DNA from: the human T2T-CHM13v2.0 reference genome, Homo sapiens
Direction: 5' to 3' (one strand)
Length of the DNA: 64,000 bases
Assembly (NCBI RefSeq): GCF_009914755.1
Contig: NC_060925.1
The position numbers and the translations under genes were made by a program. The notes below the pieces were generated by a model, which ran no database searches, was not told where the DNA came from, and saw only the letters and a program-made list of their open reading frames with translations. Below are positions 30,071-41,209 of the stretch, in pieces. How positions within the stretch are numbered: the stretch's first letter is position 1; each line of letters begins with the position of its first letter.

Positions 30071-31203
30071 TGAAAAAGTAATTTGGATGTGTAAAATATA
30101 ACTTTACAATTTAGAATATACAAAACTCTGTGACTTCAAAACCTCCTTAAACTTTAAAACTCACTCATGAGATAAACATTTCTGACAGTTGCACAGTGTT
30201 CAAAGTAGGTATGGTTGTTGTAAGCCCTTCACGAGTATGTAACTTAGTTCAAGTTTCCTAAAACTTTAAAATGATAACACTCATTAATGGTATTTAAATG
30301 TTTTTTTCTTGAAAGAGATCGTGTTACTAGTATAAGCACAGCTAAGGAGAGAAATCTATCAGTCCTTGCTCTAAGCTTGAAAACTGATAAGTATGCAGAA
30401 AACCAGTTCTTCCTGTTTCTTCTACTAAACTTCTTTTAGATTACTGACCAAGTTGATATCAAAGAGATCTGTAGGCACTTGAAGAAATGTGCATAGGCTT
30501 ACAAGGCCACCAGGAACAGTGGTGCAGACAGTAGTGTTATAAATGTGAATTTGGGCAGCAAGGGGCAAGAGGACGCTCAGCTCTGTCATACTTAATCACT
30601 GAACAAATTACTTAATCCTTCTAAGAGCACAAAATAATAAAAATAATACCCATCTCACCGGATTATTTTGTAAAGAAAATGATTTGAGACTTGGCACAGA
30701 GTAGGCCTTCCACAAATGTTAGCTACTCTTATTATTGCCCATTCCTATGCTCCTATTCAGTCCTTCTAAAGAGGCAATCGTTTGACAGATGCTCCCACAT
30801 TCTTTCTCAAATGGCCCTGTGAGGTGGAAGGAATAGCCCAGTGTTGTCATTGCCACTTTATGCTTGGGGAGATGCAAGCCATAAGTAGAGGTTACACCAA
30901 GTTCTAGACTCCTACCCCTAGGGTAGGAGTCTCTTGCCTTTTGCACGCTAAGCATTGACTGCAATGCCATTATTTCAGATGCTACTTGTCCTGCTGGTGC
31001 ATAAGCACTGCCTTTTATTTGTGAGTTTAAAAACAAATAAGTGTTACAACATTCAAGCAGAGAGCTCAAAAAGAGTATAAAAATACTGAGAGGAACGTAT
31101 AATTGCTTCACTAGAATGGGCAAAAATCTTCGTTCAGCAGGGTTGACTTTGTCCCAGAACCTGGAAAGGAGTCCAGGATTACACCCTGAAAAGAGTGACC
31201 ACT

Positions 31204-31511
31204 GCTGGGTGTGGTGGCTCACGCCTGTAATCCTGGCACTTTGGGAGGCCGAGGTAGGTGGACCACCTGAGGTCAGTAGTTTGAGACCAGCCTGGCCAAC
31301 ATGGTGAAACCCCGTCTCTACTAAAAAGACAAAAAAATTAGCTGGGTGTGGTGGCACACACCTGTAATCCCAGTTACTCAGAAGGCTGACCATGAGAATC
31401 ACTTGAACCTGGGTGGCGGATGTTGCAGTGAGCCGAGATTGCGCCACTGTACTCCAGCCTAGGCGACAGAGCAAGACCCTGTCTCAAAAAAAAAAAAAAA
31501 AAAAAAAAAAA
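31204..31511 (+). mobile_element. AluS immediately downstream (in transcript) of the exon 2 donor
   Basis: Full dimer; TSD agagtgaccact (31192-31203) / agagtaaccact (31513-31524). Confidence 0.92.
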
Positions 31512-31531
31512 GAGAGTAACCACTTACTTAC

Positions 31532-31680
31532 TTGTTCGAAATTTTTCCTTGAGGGCATCCAGATCCTCCTTGAGAGCAACCTGCATCCACACCAAGCCAA
31601 CACAGGCCACAACACAGGCAGCAAGGATGACAAAACCACAGAGCGGATAACAGATCTTGCAGCATCGTAAATAGTCTCCC
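31532..31680 (-). CDS. EFCAB14: EFCAB14 exon 2 (149 nt): GDYLRCCKICYPLCGFVILAACVVACVGLVWMQVALKEDLDALKEKFRT; single transmembrane helix
   Basis: Acceptor gagcag|G, donor A|gtaagt. Hydrophobic helix visible in ORF 31524..31766. Frame is continuous with exons 1 and 3. Confidence 0.96.
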
Positions 31681-33139
31681 CTGCTCAAGAGGACAAATTC
31701 AACCATGAGTACAAAAGTGATTATGGGTATAGCTTTATTAGCAATAGTACACGTTTTGCCATGCAATTATCTCCTTTAAATGAATAACCAGTGAATTAAC
31801 CAGGGGAGGCAGGGTAAAGCACTTAAATGAATAAATAATATGACCTATTAAGGGTTCATCTACTGGATACAAAGGTTTCAAATGTCACATAAAACAGAAG
31901 GAGTTCCTGCAGGTAAAAGGAAGAACCTAAAGGCACTGCAGCTGTCATTATCAGGAGGGAGGTCTTTGAATACAAGCTCAGGTCACAAAAGTGTAAAGAC
32001 CAATGTTTCTCTGCAATTCCATCTCTGCACTGGAATTTGCCTATTGATTTCTCTCTGAAATACATACTCACTCCGGGGAACCTTGCTCCAGTTTACTGAA
32101 ACTTTATAAACTTTTGAGCAAGTTTTACTGCAAAAGAAATGAAAGAAACAGGATCTGTAGTTTTAAGTGGACACCTGGTGTATTCTAGCTTATTGGCTCA
32201 GAAGTAAGGAAACATAGAAGGGGCTGGATTTCACACAAAACATCAACCAACCTTCAAGGTCTAAACTAACTTAGTAGGGTTACTACTCCAGGTACCTTCT
32301 GATGAAGGTAACACTTCAACTGATCTTCATAACCCAAACCCAGGATTGCCCTTAACAGCCTTAGCTGACAAAGCTCATTAGAAATCAAACTCTTCCTTTA
32401 ACAAAACAAGACATTTTAAACCAACCAACCACTCAATGTCAGCACCCCGACCTTCTGCCTAGCCATTGTTTCTACATCCTCAGCAGAATCCTCTTTTCTT
32501 TTAGTGTGCTCTGAGAGAGTCAAAGGACGTTTTTGAAGTTCCCTTTAGTCCTTTCCCATCCTGAGCCCCAATCCCAATGTCCTCAAATCTTACTACTTGA
32601 TTTGCCTAGTGGTCTCTCCACCTATGAATGGCTAGGGAAAATGATGCCTCTTCTTTTGCCCCCCGACCCCACCTACTCTCAAGGCTCATACTTCCTACAG
32701 TATATCTCTCACCATATTTCCCCACCACCAATATTCAGACTCATCAAGAGTGCAAAAACGAAATAATCTGCAGTCTTAAAGTCTCTGCTTCTCCTTTGTT
32801 CTACACTGTTTTAAAAAGTCTAGTCCCCAAAGCTTCTCTGCTCCTCTGTCTCCATTCTTTGCTTCTTTAGGACTCCCTGGGCTCTTGGCACATTCTCCAA
32901 GTCCACATTTCCACCTCAGATTTGGAGCTTTTCTTTCTACACCTAAAGACAGATCTCTAACTTATTCTTCATTCAGGATCTGAACTTACCTTCTCCCTAA
33001 AACCGTTTTTCCCTCTTTGACTTCCAAGGCCTACACCCTTTTTTCTTCCTAAGGACTTCCTTTCTCCTTCCTGTCAATGTGGCCCCTTGGTAGTGCAAGG
33101 AGATGCCTTCTTCCCATTCCACCTTTCACCACTACTCAC

Positions 33140-33324
33140 TTGGCAAAGCGAGAGCGATTTCCAACCACACCGAATTCCTCTTCCTCTTCGGAGCTGGACT
33201 CAGAGTCTGAGTCGGGAGGCTCAGTGCGAAGCAGGCGGTGACTGCTTGGGCCTTTCTTGGGCTTCTTTCTCCGGCTGTCCCCAGCCAAACCAATCAATGC
33301 ATTGAGCTCTTTGCGCTTTTTCAT
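33140..33324 (-). CDS. EFCAB14: EFCAB14 coding exon 1 (185 nt): MKKRKELNALIGLAGDSRRKKPKKGPSSHRLLRTEPPDSDSESSSEEEEEFGVVGNRSRFA(K)
   Basis: ATG at 33324. Peptide recognised as the EFCAB14/KIAA0494 N-terminus. Donor AA|gtgagt at 33139; phase 2 joins exon 2 in frame. Confidence 0.96.
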
Positions 33325-34350
33325 CTTTTTGTGTGGGGTGAGTGGAGCCCCGACTCCTGAGCTGCCAGGTTCGTACCCGATGCCCAATTCTCTTCCTGCC
33401 TTGGAGCTGCCTTCCAGGGTTGGGAATCCTGGGCCAGAGCCCCCTGGTCACTCCCACCTAGGGGTGGGACTGACCAGATCCGCCAGGGACTGGAGATTGG
33501 AGCCCAGAGGAAACTGGAACTCAGATGGGTGGGGGAAATCACATAGAAATGGCCAAGGAGCTGGTGACCCCAAAGGATAAGGCCTTGGGTGCAGAGTGTT
33601 AGTAGAGGGTGGAGAGGGACCTTTATCTCCCAAAGGGCGAAAAAAAAGCCAGGTCAAAAATGAAGGATTCTCAGCCCGGATAAGTAGGCAATACTTCTAA
33701 GGGTGCTCCAGGAGGTGAGGAAGGGCACGCTTAAAATACGTGTTTCGGACCTCCGGAGCAAGATTTCCAATGGAGAGGGAAGAGAAACTCGTTCTTGAAT
33801 GGGAAGAGAGTGGGGAGGTGCAGAGTAAGAAAGTGGGAACGCGTCAGTCCCTTCCTTGCAGGAGAGGTGGCGGCAGGAGGGGGCTCCCAGCAGCTACAAT
33901 CCCAACACTGCTTGGCCGCAGAGAAAATGCCCTGGCCAGGAAGCCGGCTGGGGTGTGTGATGATCACCGTTCTCCGGCCTCCGTCCTGAACGTGAAGGGG
34001 GCCCGAGGCCGAGGAAGATCCGGAGCCCGGCTAGAAGGGTCGGCCTGAGAGAAGCCAGTCCCGCGCCTGATAGACCCCCGCCCCGCTGTCTGGGCCTTGG
34101 GGACACGGTGCCGCGGGCGACGGCGGCTCGGCCGACCGAAAGCGCTCCCGCCCGGAGTTTGAGGTCTCCGGCACGGGCAACTCTCGGCCACTCACACGCG
34201 CAGGCCCCACTCCAGCCGCGACTCCGGCCCCTGCTCCGGCTTCGGCCGCGGCTGCTCCCGACACGTTGTTGTTGGCGTTGGTGGCGGCGGCTGCGGCGGC
34301 GGCGGCCGCGAGCTCCAGCCCCGGGCCATCGCTCCAGCCCCAGATCACTT
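33325..34350 (-). other. EFCAB14: Long (~1 kb) 5' leader of EFCAB14; upstream end (TSS) approximate
   Basis: Repeat-free sequence between the CpG island and the ATG. Only one sense ATG in 33325-34300 versus eight on the opposite strand. Confidence 0.65.
34281..34307 (-). repeat. Interrupted trinucleotide repeat (GCC)4 GCA (GCC)3 in the 5' leader
   Basis: Plus strand reads gtggcggcggctgcggcggcggcggcc. Confidence 0.85.
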
Positions 34351-34416
34351 CCCCTTTGGCAGCGGCCGCCTGCGCCGCCTGCCAGTAAGCCGCACTCCCA
34401 TTGGTCGCCCGCTGGG

Positions 34417-34426
34417 GTGACGTCAC
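34417..34426. promoter_or_regulatory. Full palindromic CRE (CREB/ATF) site next to a CCAAT box
   Basis: GTGACGTCAC contains the exact TGACGTCA consensus and sits in the CpG island. Confidence 0.75.
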
Positions 34427-34851
34427 GCCGGGGCGAAAGTCGTGGCGGAGAGGTGGGGCGTTAAAGGGGCCCTGCCCCGGCTGGGGCTGGGTCCCACCTG
34501 CCGATTAGGGTGGCCCCGCCCCCAGGAGGGCTTCCGGGACCTGCTGCGAACCTGAGCCGGGTGGAGTCCTGCATCCTGCGGAGCGCGGGCGGGGCAGGCA
34601 AAGCGCCCGGCTGCTCGACCTACTTCGAAAGTTCATCAGCCGCCCACGCCCCCTGGACTAACCAAGTCTGAAGGCTCCGCCTCTCTGACTCTCACACAGG
34701 CTGTTAAAAGTTTAGGCGCGTTTCAGATTAATTAACACATTCATTCAGTCAATAAATATTTATTGAGAGCTTACTTACTACGTGTCAGGAGCTGTTCTAG
34801 CGCTGGGGATACAGCCATGAACAAAATAACCAGGGTCCTTGTCTTCCTGTA

Positions 34852-35043
34852 TAGTGTTGCCAGATTTAGCAAATAAAAATGTAGGACACCCAGTAAAGTT
34901 TGAATTTCAGAGAAACAGCAAACAATTTTTTAGCATTAAGACATCCCATGCAACATCTGGGACATCCTCACACTAAAAAATTATTCATTGTGTATGTGAA
35001 ATGCAAGTTTAACTGAGCATCGTGTATCTTATCTGCCAATCTA
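34852..35043. mobile_element. MER53 palindromic hAT MITE inserted in an L2
   Basis: 192-bp imperfect palindrome tagtgttgccagat ... atctgccaatcta. 8-bp TSD ttcctgta / ttcctgca. Confidence 0.85.
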
Positions 35044-35447
35044 TTCCTGCAGTTTATTTATACTCTAGAGGGAGGAGAGCAACAATAGGCAAACATATTA
35101 AATGTCAGGAGGTGATAAGTGTTATGATGAAAATTGAAACACGGTCAGGTGATGGGGAGTGCCTCTGTGAAAAGGGAACATTTAGTCAGCTTATCGGAGG
35201 AGAGGTGAGGGAATGAGCTGTGCAGTGGCTGCAGGAAGGAGTGACCAGGAAGACCTGTTGTGGCTGGACCAGAAGAGCAAGGAGCAGAGTGATAGGAAAT
35301 GAGGTCAGAGAAGCATCAGAGGCCAGGGCTTTAGGGCCTTATGGATCACTGAAAGGACTTTGGGAAAGCACTGGGGGCTTTAAGCTGAGAGGTAGCATAC
35401 TCTGGCTTTTCCGTAAAAAAAAAAAAAAAAAAAAAAATTCACTCTGG

Positions 35448-35877
<430 letters not shown>

Positions 35878-36631
35878 CTAGAGATGATGCTGATAGATTA
35901 GAGAGGCAGTAGCAGAGATGGAGAGCATTCTGGATGTTTCTTGAAGACAGAGCTGACAATTTTTGCTGATAGATTAGATGAAAGGTGTGAAGAGAAGAGA
36001 GGGTTTGGCGGTGGAAACACTGGAAGCAAGGAATTGTTATTTATTGAGATGGGGTAGAGCAAGTTTGGGACAAGTTTGACAAGCCAATTCAATATTCAAA
36101 TGGAGGCTGTTTGGTATACCCATTGAGAGTTCTCTGGGCACAGGTTGGGGCCTGAAATATCAATTGGGAAGTCATCAGATATAAATGGAATTTAAAGCAA
36201 AGTGCTTTGAGCTACTTGGAAGAAAGTCACTTAAAGTAATTTTTATGCCCATATTCTTACTGTGGCAATTACGCTGCTTTTGTCCAAGGATTCTCGCAAA
36301 GCCTGGGCCTGTATCTGATTTGTTTTTAAGTGTCTAGCCCAGAAGTGTACTCCTAAATAACGATGACCCAATAAATATGTGATGACTACATAAGTGGGCA
36401 GTGTTGCAAAGAGGTATGAGTGGACTTTTGGAATCAAAATCAAGAAACCTGGGACTCAATCATGTCTCTACTTCTTCCTGGCTCCATCAGCATGGAAGCC
36501 GTTTAGTTTCTCTGAGCTTCAGTTTTCTCCTCTGTAAAATGGGGATAAACACCTATTTCACAGGACAATGAGATGAATGTGAAAGTGTTTTTGAAGCCCC
36601 AAGTCATGGTGTATTGTCCCCTTTTGTTTCT

Positions 36632-36840
36632 AGAGCTTCATTGCCCAATACAGTAGCCAAACTGGCCACATATAACAATTTAAATCTACATTTAACATAA
36701 TTAAAACAAAATACAAATTTTAAATTGGTTCTTCAGTATCATTGGCCACAGTGTCCAGTAGCCATATGTGGCAAGTGGCTACCAGGCAGCAAGTAATAGT
36801 ACAATTCCACCACCACAGAAAGTTTTACTGGAGAGTTCTT
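36632..36840. mobile_element. MER3/MER33-like hAT-Charlie MITE
   Basis: ccaatacagtagcc...tagccatatgtggcaagtggctac...cacagaaagttttactgga. Confidence 0.65.
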
Positions 36841-38087
36841 CACTAATGCTTCCCTGAAGGACTGGGGATAGACAGGTGAGGCTCCTGACTTCAAGAACCA
36901 TTTCTGAAACACATCCTGTGGTCACCAGAAGCCCCAGGCAGGAGAGGTGGCTGGCCCGAGGGTGGGGTGGCCCTCCTTTGTTGTAGATGATACAGGTTCC
37001 CAGGGAACCAGGGACTGAGGAACCCAGGGGAGTGGGGCAGGGCTGAGGACATACCACCCCCGCTGCAGGGACTTCTGGTCAGCCAGAGCCTGTGCTCTCT
37101 GTGGGTGGAGATCTCTCCCATGACTGGCCAGTGGGCTGGTCATGGGTGGGGAGGCTGCAGGAGTAGAATTGACAAACAGGGGAATGCTTCTGCTGGATCT
37201 GCCTCTCAGTCCTTCTGTCTGCCTGTTTGCTTATGATCTGTAGATAACACCCCTCCTTGTTGGGTAGACATCACACAGGATGCTGTCACCCTTTGAAAGT
37301 TACTGGCCAGCTGTTTCTTTTCCTTCAGGAGCTCTTGGATACCTCTCTGGCCTCCTTCCTCAGACCCGGGACCCTCAAGGCCAGGGATTAAGCCACCCCA
37401 CTCAGAGTGGGGCCTCCTGCTGCCCTCCCACACCAGGACTCCCAAGGTTGTGATCCATCTTCTCCTTTGGGGTTGTTCATATTATGATCCTGGGGAGTCT
37501 GTTAACCTACTCAAAACTTGCCTGAAATGCAGTGAGTTTGGGGAAGTCACTTTAGAGTTCTGGCGCTTCAAAGTTTCTGTCTGTGATATGGGGATGATAA
37601 TATTCCTAGCCCAGTCTTCTGCTTCATGTTGTTTGGGGCAGGGAGTAGCATGGGCGTGCTTTACATGCTGTGAAGTGTCATGCAGAGTGGGTACATGTCT
37701 GCTGAATGCTTCTGGCAACTCTATGGGGAAGGTAGGCAAAGATGATTTCCCTGTGCTCAAAATCACAGCCCATATAACTGGCAAAGCCAAATCTTGAGAC
37801 CCTGTGCTACTTTGGAAGACTCCATAGAGTGCTTTCACTTGGGCAAGCTGAGGCACAGAGTAGGGGCAAACTTGCCAAGGTCATAGTCAAAAATTGGATC
37901 CAGCTCTCCTAATTCCTGGGCTGAAAGCTCTTTAAGATCTTGGAGTCCTCTCTTACCTGGGATCTAAGTCTGTGTCTGAACATTGCCACTTGGCAGCTGT
38001 GTGATCCTGGACAAAGTACTGAGCCTCTCTGAGCCTCAGTGTCCACTATGATTGCCACCTCAGTGAAATAGAGGCAATCATAGTACC

Positions 38088-38639
38088 CAGGACTGGCTAC
38101 ATAATTTATGAGGACCAGTGCAAATGCAAATGCAGGGTTCCTTTTCTCTCTCTGCTGTCTCTCTCAACCTGTCTTCCTGTTTATTATTCACTATTTAATG
38201 TTGTATTCCCTTAGGCCTGGTGATACAAGGTGAGTGTAGACCCTCACATGAGACAGGCAAGAGGCCTGTTTCATGACTTGGCATGCAAACTCTCTCTTCC
38301 TCTCCCTGTGCCGACACCCAGGCCCCTGCCTGGGATGGAGTTGTGGTGGCAATAGGGATGTGGGGTGTTTAGGGGAACAGACAGCTGAGAACCCATCTCA
38401 GGGAGGAGGAGGTGGGGAGGTGACAGGAGGCAGGACCGTGTATGAACCAAGGCTCCAAATAACCAGTGTGTGCTCCACTGCTCCACCCAACTTTTCTTAT
38501 AAGACACAAATTAAAAGATAGAATGATTAAGAATTTCAAGGTGGTGACCACAGGAAATTAAACCCCAAGTGCATGGCACCCTTCTGAGTGGGGGGCCCTG
38601 TGCAGCTACTCTGGTCATACACCCATGAAATTAACCCTG
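38088..38639 (-). mobile_element. MER45-family hAT-Tip100 element splitting a MIR
   Basis: Ends caggactggctacataattt and catgaaattaaccctg, with MIR halves on both sides. Confidence 0.7.
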
Positions 38640-40780
38640 GAGTACTTAACTCACAGAGTATCTGTGCAGAAGTGATGTGTCTGACACATAGTAAGTACTC
38701 AATAAATGTCAGCTGTTCCATTAATGTGATTATAAATTACTAAATGGGATTTATTATAGATTTGTTCAATGTGATTTTTCAGATAACCCAGTTGTGGGAA
38801 AACATCTTCATTTACTGAAGAGAAAGCACTGCTTCCACTTGTCACAAGAGTCCTCTTTGACATAATCTTTTTTGATACTTTGCTATGGCTGAGGTGGGGG
38901 GAAGGAACAGAAATGAACATTTAAAAATATTTAGGTATCATGCATTTTTGTGTTACTCCTCAATGCAATAAGTCATTCTTCACTAAGCAAGCATCTTATT
39001 CTTCCTCTAACCAAGAAGGAAATTGTTGCTCAGAGATCAAAAGAGACTTGCCCAGGGACACACAGTATGTCAGCGGCAGATACTGGGGCTTGAATCTGGA
39101 TCTCTCTGCCTCTGAAGCCTGAGTTCTGCACCCAGTGCCCAGTGCCATGCTGGCAGAGCCTGCTGCCTGGGGCCTTTGTCAGCAGCTCTTCTGAAAGGGA
39201 CCACCAGCTGAAGCCTCTCAACTTTCCTGGGATCTACTTCTCCCAGCCCCTTCCCATTCTTTTTGCTGCTGTGCCGGCAGCTGCATCCTGTACCCTGATG
39301 AGGGGCCTGAGGACAATGGGAAGGGGAAGGATTGGGTGGTAGGAAAGGCGCCAAGCACCAAGCTAAACAATGGCTTCTCTGCCGGTGGGGCCCAAACAGC
39401 CGGAAGCAGCAACTGGTTCACAGCATTATTGTGGGCAGGGGTGAGGACTGCCCCTCCTGAGATTCTCCTTCTATTCCAGGCACATCCTCTTCTGAATTGC
39501 TGCAAACTTTTGTGTCTCTGCCAAGTAGTGGTCTCAGTTTCCCCATTTATGTGTCTTTAGCATCCAAAACAGGGCCTAGTGCTCGGGAAGGGATGGGAAT
39601 CTTCTGGGCCCGTTTGCTGAATTAAAAGATGAGACGCTAAAGACTCTAAAGAGTTCCCAGGCATTGCCCTTCATCTTGATGATCCTATTTATCCATCCAT
39701 CCATCCATCAAACCCACCCTGGGTGAGCCCCTACTGTGTGTGAGGTCCTGGAGAACATCAGTAATAGTCAGGTTCTGCCCTACAAGAGTTCCCAGGAAGC
39801 AGGCGATGCTGTCTCCCCCTATGCCCCATGCCCCCCACCCTGTAAATGTCATAGAAAGGTTTATAGTGGGGGTGGGGTGGGGGGAGGAGAAGCAAGCCTG
39901 GAGTAACTAGCTTTATTTTAGGGTGATAATAAAAATCCTGGGAGTAAAGAATCTGTACTGTGACCTCCCACCCTCCTGCCCATGCCTCCACTCCTGTCCC
40001 TTTCCCTGGGGCTTGAGCTGGAGTGGAGGCTGCAGCTGGCTATGGAGGGAGCCCAAGGCCAGCACCCCTGGGTTTGAATCTGAGCCTCTCCACTCACTAG
40101 CTGTGTGACCTTAGACCAGTTCCTTTTCCTCTCTGAGTCTGTTCCTCACCTGCAAATTGGACCTAACAGTGCTGACCTCCTGGCAGTTCCTGTGGTAAGA
40201 ATGAAATTTAAATGGTGAACGTTAAAAGCCTTCAGGGGAATTGCTAAGTGCACTGAGTGGACAGGGAGGCTGGGAATGGAACCTCTGAGGAATCCATTTG
40301 ACCTAGAAAGCCTAAACAGCACAGGCTGGGAGAGAAGGTGATTGCATCATGAAGGCAGGGCTCTTCTGACTGAGGAGGGGTCTGTGTGCATGTGTGTGTG
40401 TGTGCACGTGGACCTGTGCTCCTACTATCAAGGCTGGGTGTTTGTGGATGGAATACACAGTAGGACATGCTGAGTCAGCAAGGCCGTGTGAGAGACCCCC
40501 TAGAGAAGGCTGCCTGGGCCCTCCTGAGTTCTCTTCTGAGGGAATAACACTGGCTCTGTGTTTCTAAGTCTAGCTGCAGCTCCAGTTCCATCTGCTACCA
40601 GCCCCTCTCTACTTAAGACTGGCACTACGGAGGTGAAAAGAGAGGCACAGCTTTGTGCTGCCCTCTGCTGGTTTCTTGGACACTGTGCTTCTTAGATGGG
40701 GACAATTTCCATGCACCCAACTCACCTTCGTTAATCCCTGTGTTGGATGGTGGGGACACACAGATGAGGTCCATTTCTGC

Positions 40781-40789
40781 TGTGTGTGT

Positions 40790-40830
<41 letters not shown>
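40781..40830. repeat. Interrupted (TG)n(AG)n microsatellite
   Basis: Read directly. Confidence 0.92.
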
Positions 40831-41209
40831 GAACAAAGTGTGATCAACAATATGATACAAGATGCAGAAAAGATAGGAATAGCGTGAAGGAAAGTTTTCA
40901 AAAGGTAATGATCCTTTATTCATTCATTCATTCATTCATCTGTCAAATATGTATTGTATTCCAAGACCTAACCTTTGTGCTGGAGCTATAACATGGAACA
41001 AAATACACAAAATTCCTGCCTGCATGGACCTTACCTTCTAATGAAAAGAAACAATTCGTAAGTAAGACAGATAGGTAAATTGATAGTGTTGGTTGATGAG
41101 TACTATGGAGAAAAATGAAGCAGGAATGGAGGACAGGGAGAATTGTTGGGATGATTGCCAACTCTTGTGTAACATTTGAGTAAAGACCCAAAGGAGAGGA
41201 ACTTTATCT

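Larger units (their letters stand above)
33900..34720. promoter_or_regulatory. CpG island / TATA-less promoter of EFCAB14
   Basis: The only CpG-dense, GC-rich block in the window. CCAAT box (ATTGG 34400-34404), palindromic CRE (34417-34426), GC boxes (34455-34460, 34514-34523). Confidence 0.9.

Noticed and set aside
30719-31474. Longest ORF in the window (251 aa)
   Set aside because: The first ~90 codons are antisense Alu translation and the rest has no recognisable domain; it is intronic.
33325-33387. Apparent 21-aa N-terminal extension (MGIGYEPG...) in ORF 33136..33387
   Set aside because: The first codon is TTG, not ATG; it comes from the ORF caller allowing alternative starts. A near-cognate start cannot be supported from sequence alone.
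34031-34464. Overlapping 118-131 aa Ala/Arg/Pro-rich ORFs on both strands
   Set aside because: Non-ATG starts, and long open frames are expected in stop-poor CpG-island sequence.
36779-40991. Cluster of 60-124 aa ORFs upstream of the promoter
   Set aside because: No homology recognised, no consistent exon chain, and they overlap MIR, MER and microsatellite sequence.
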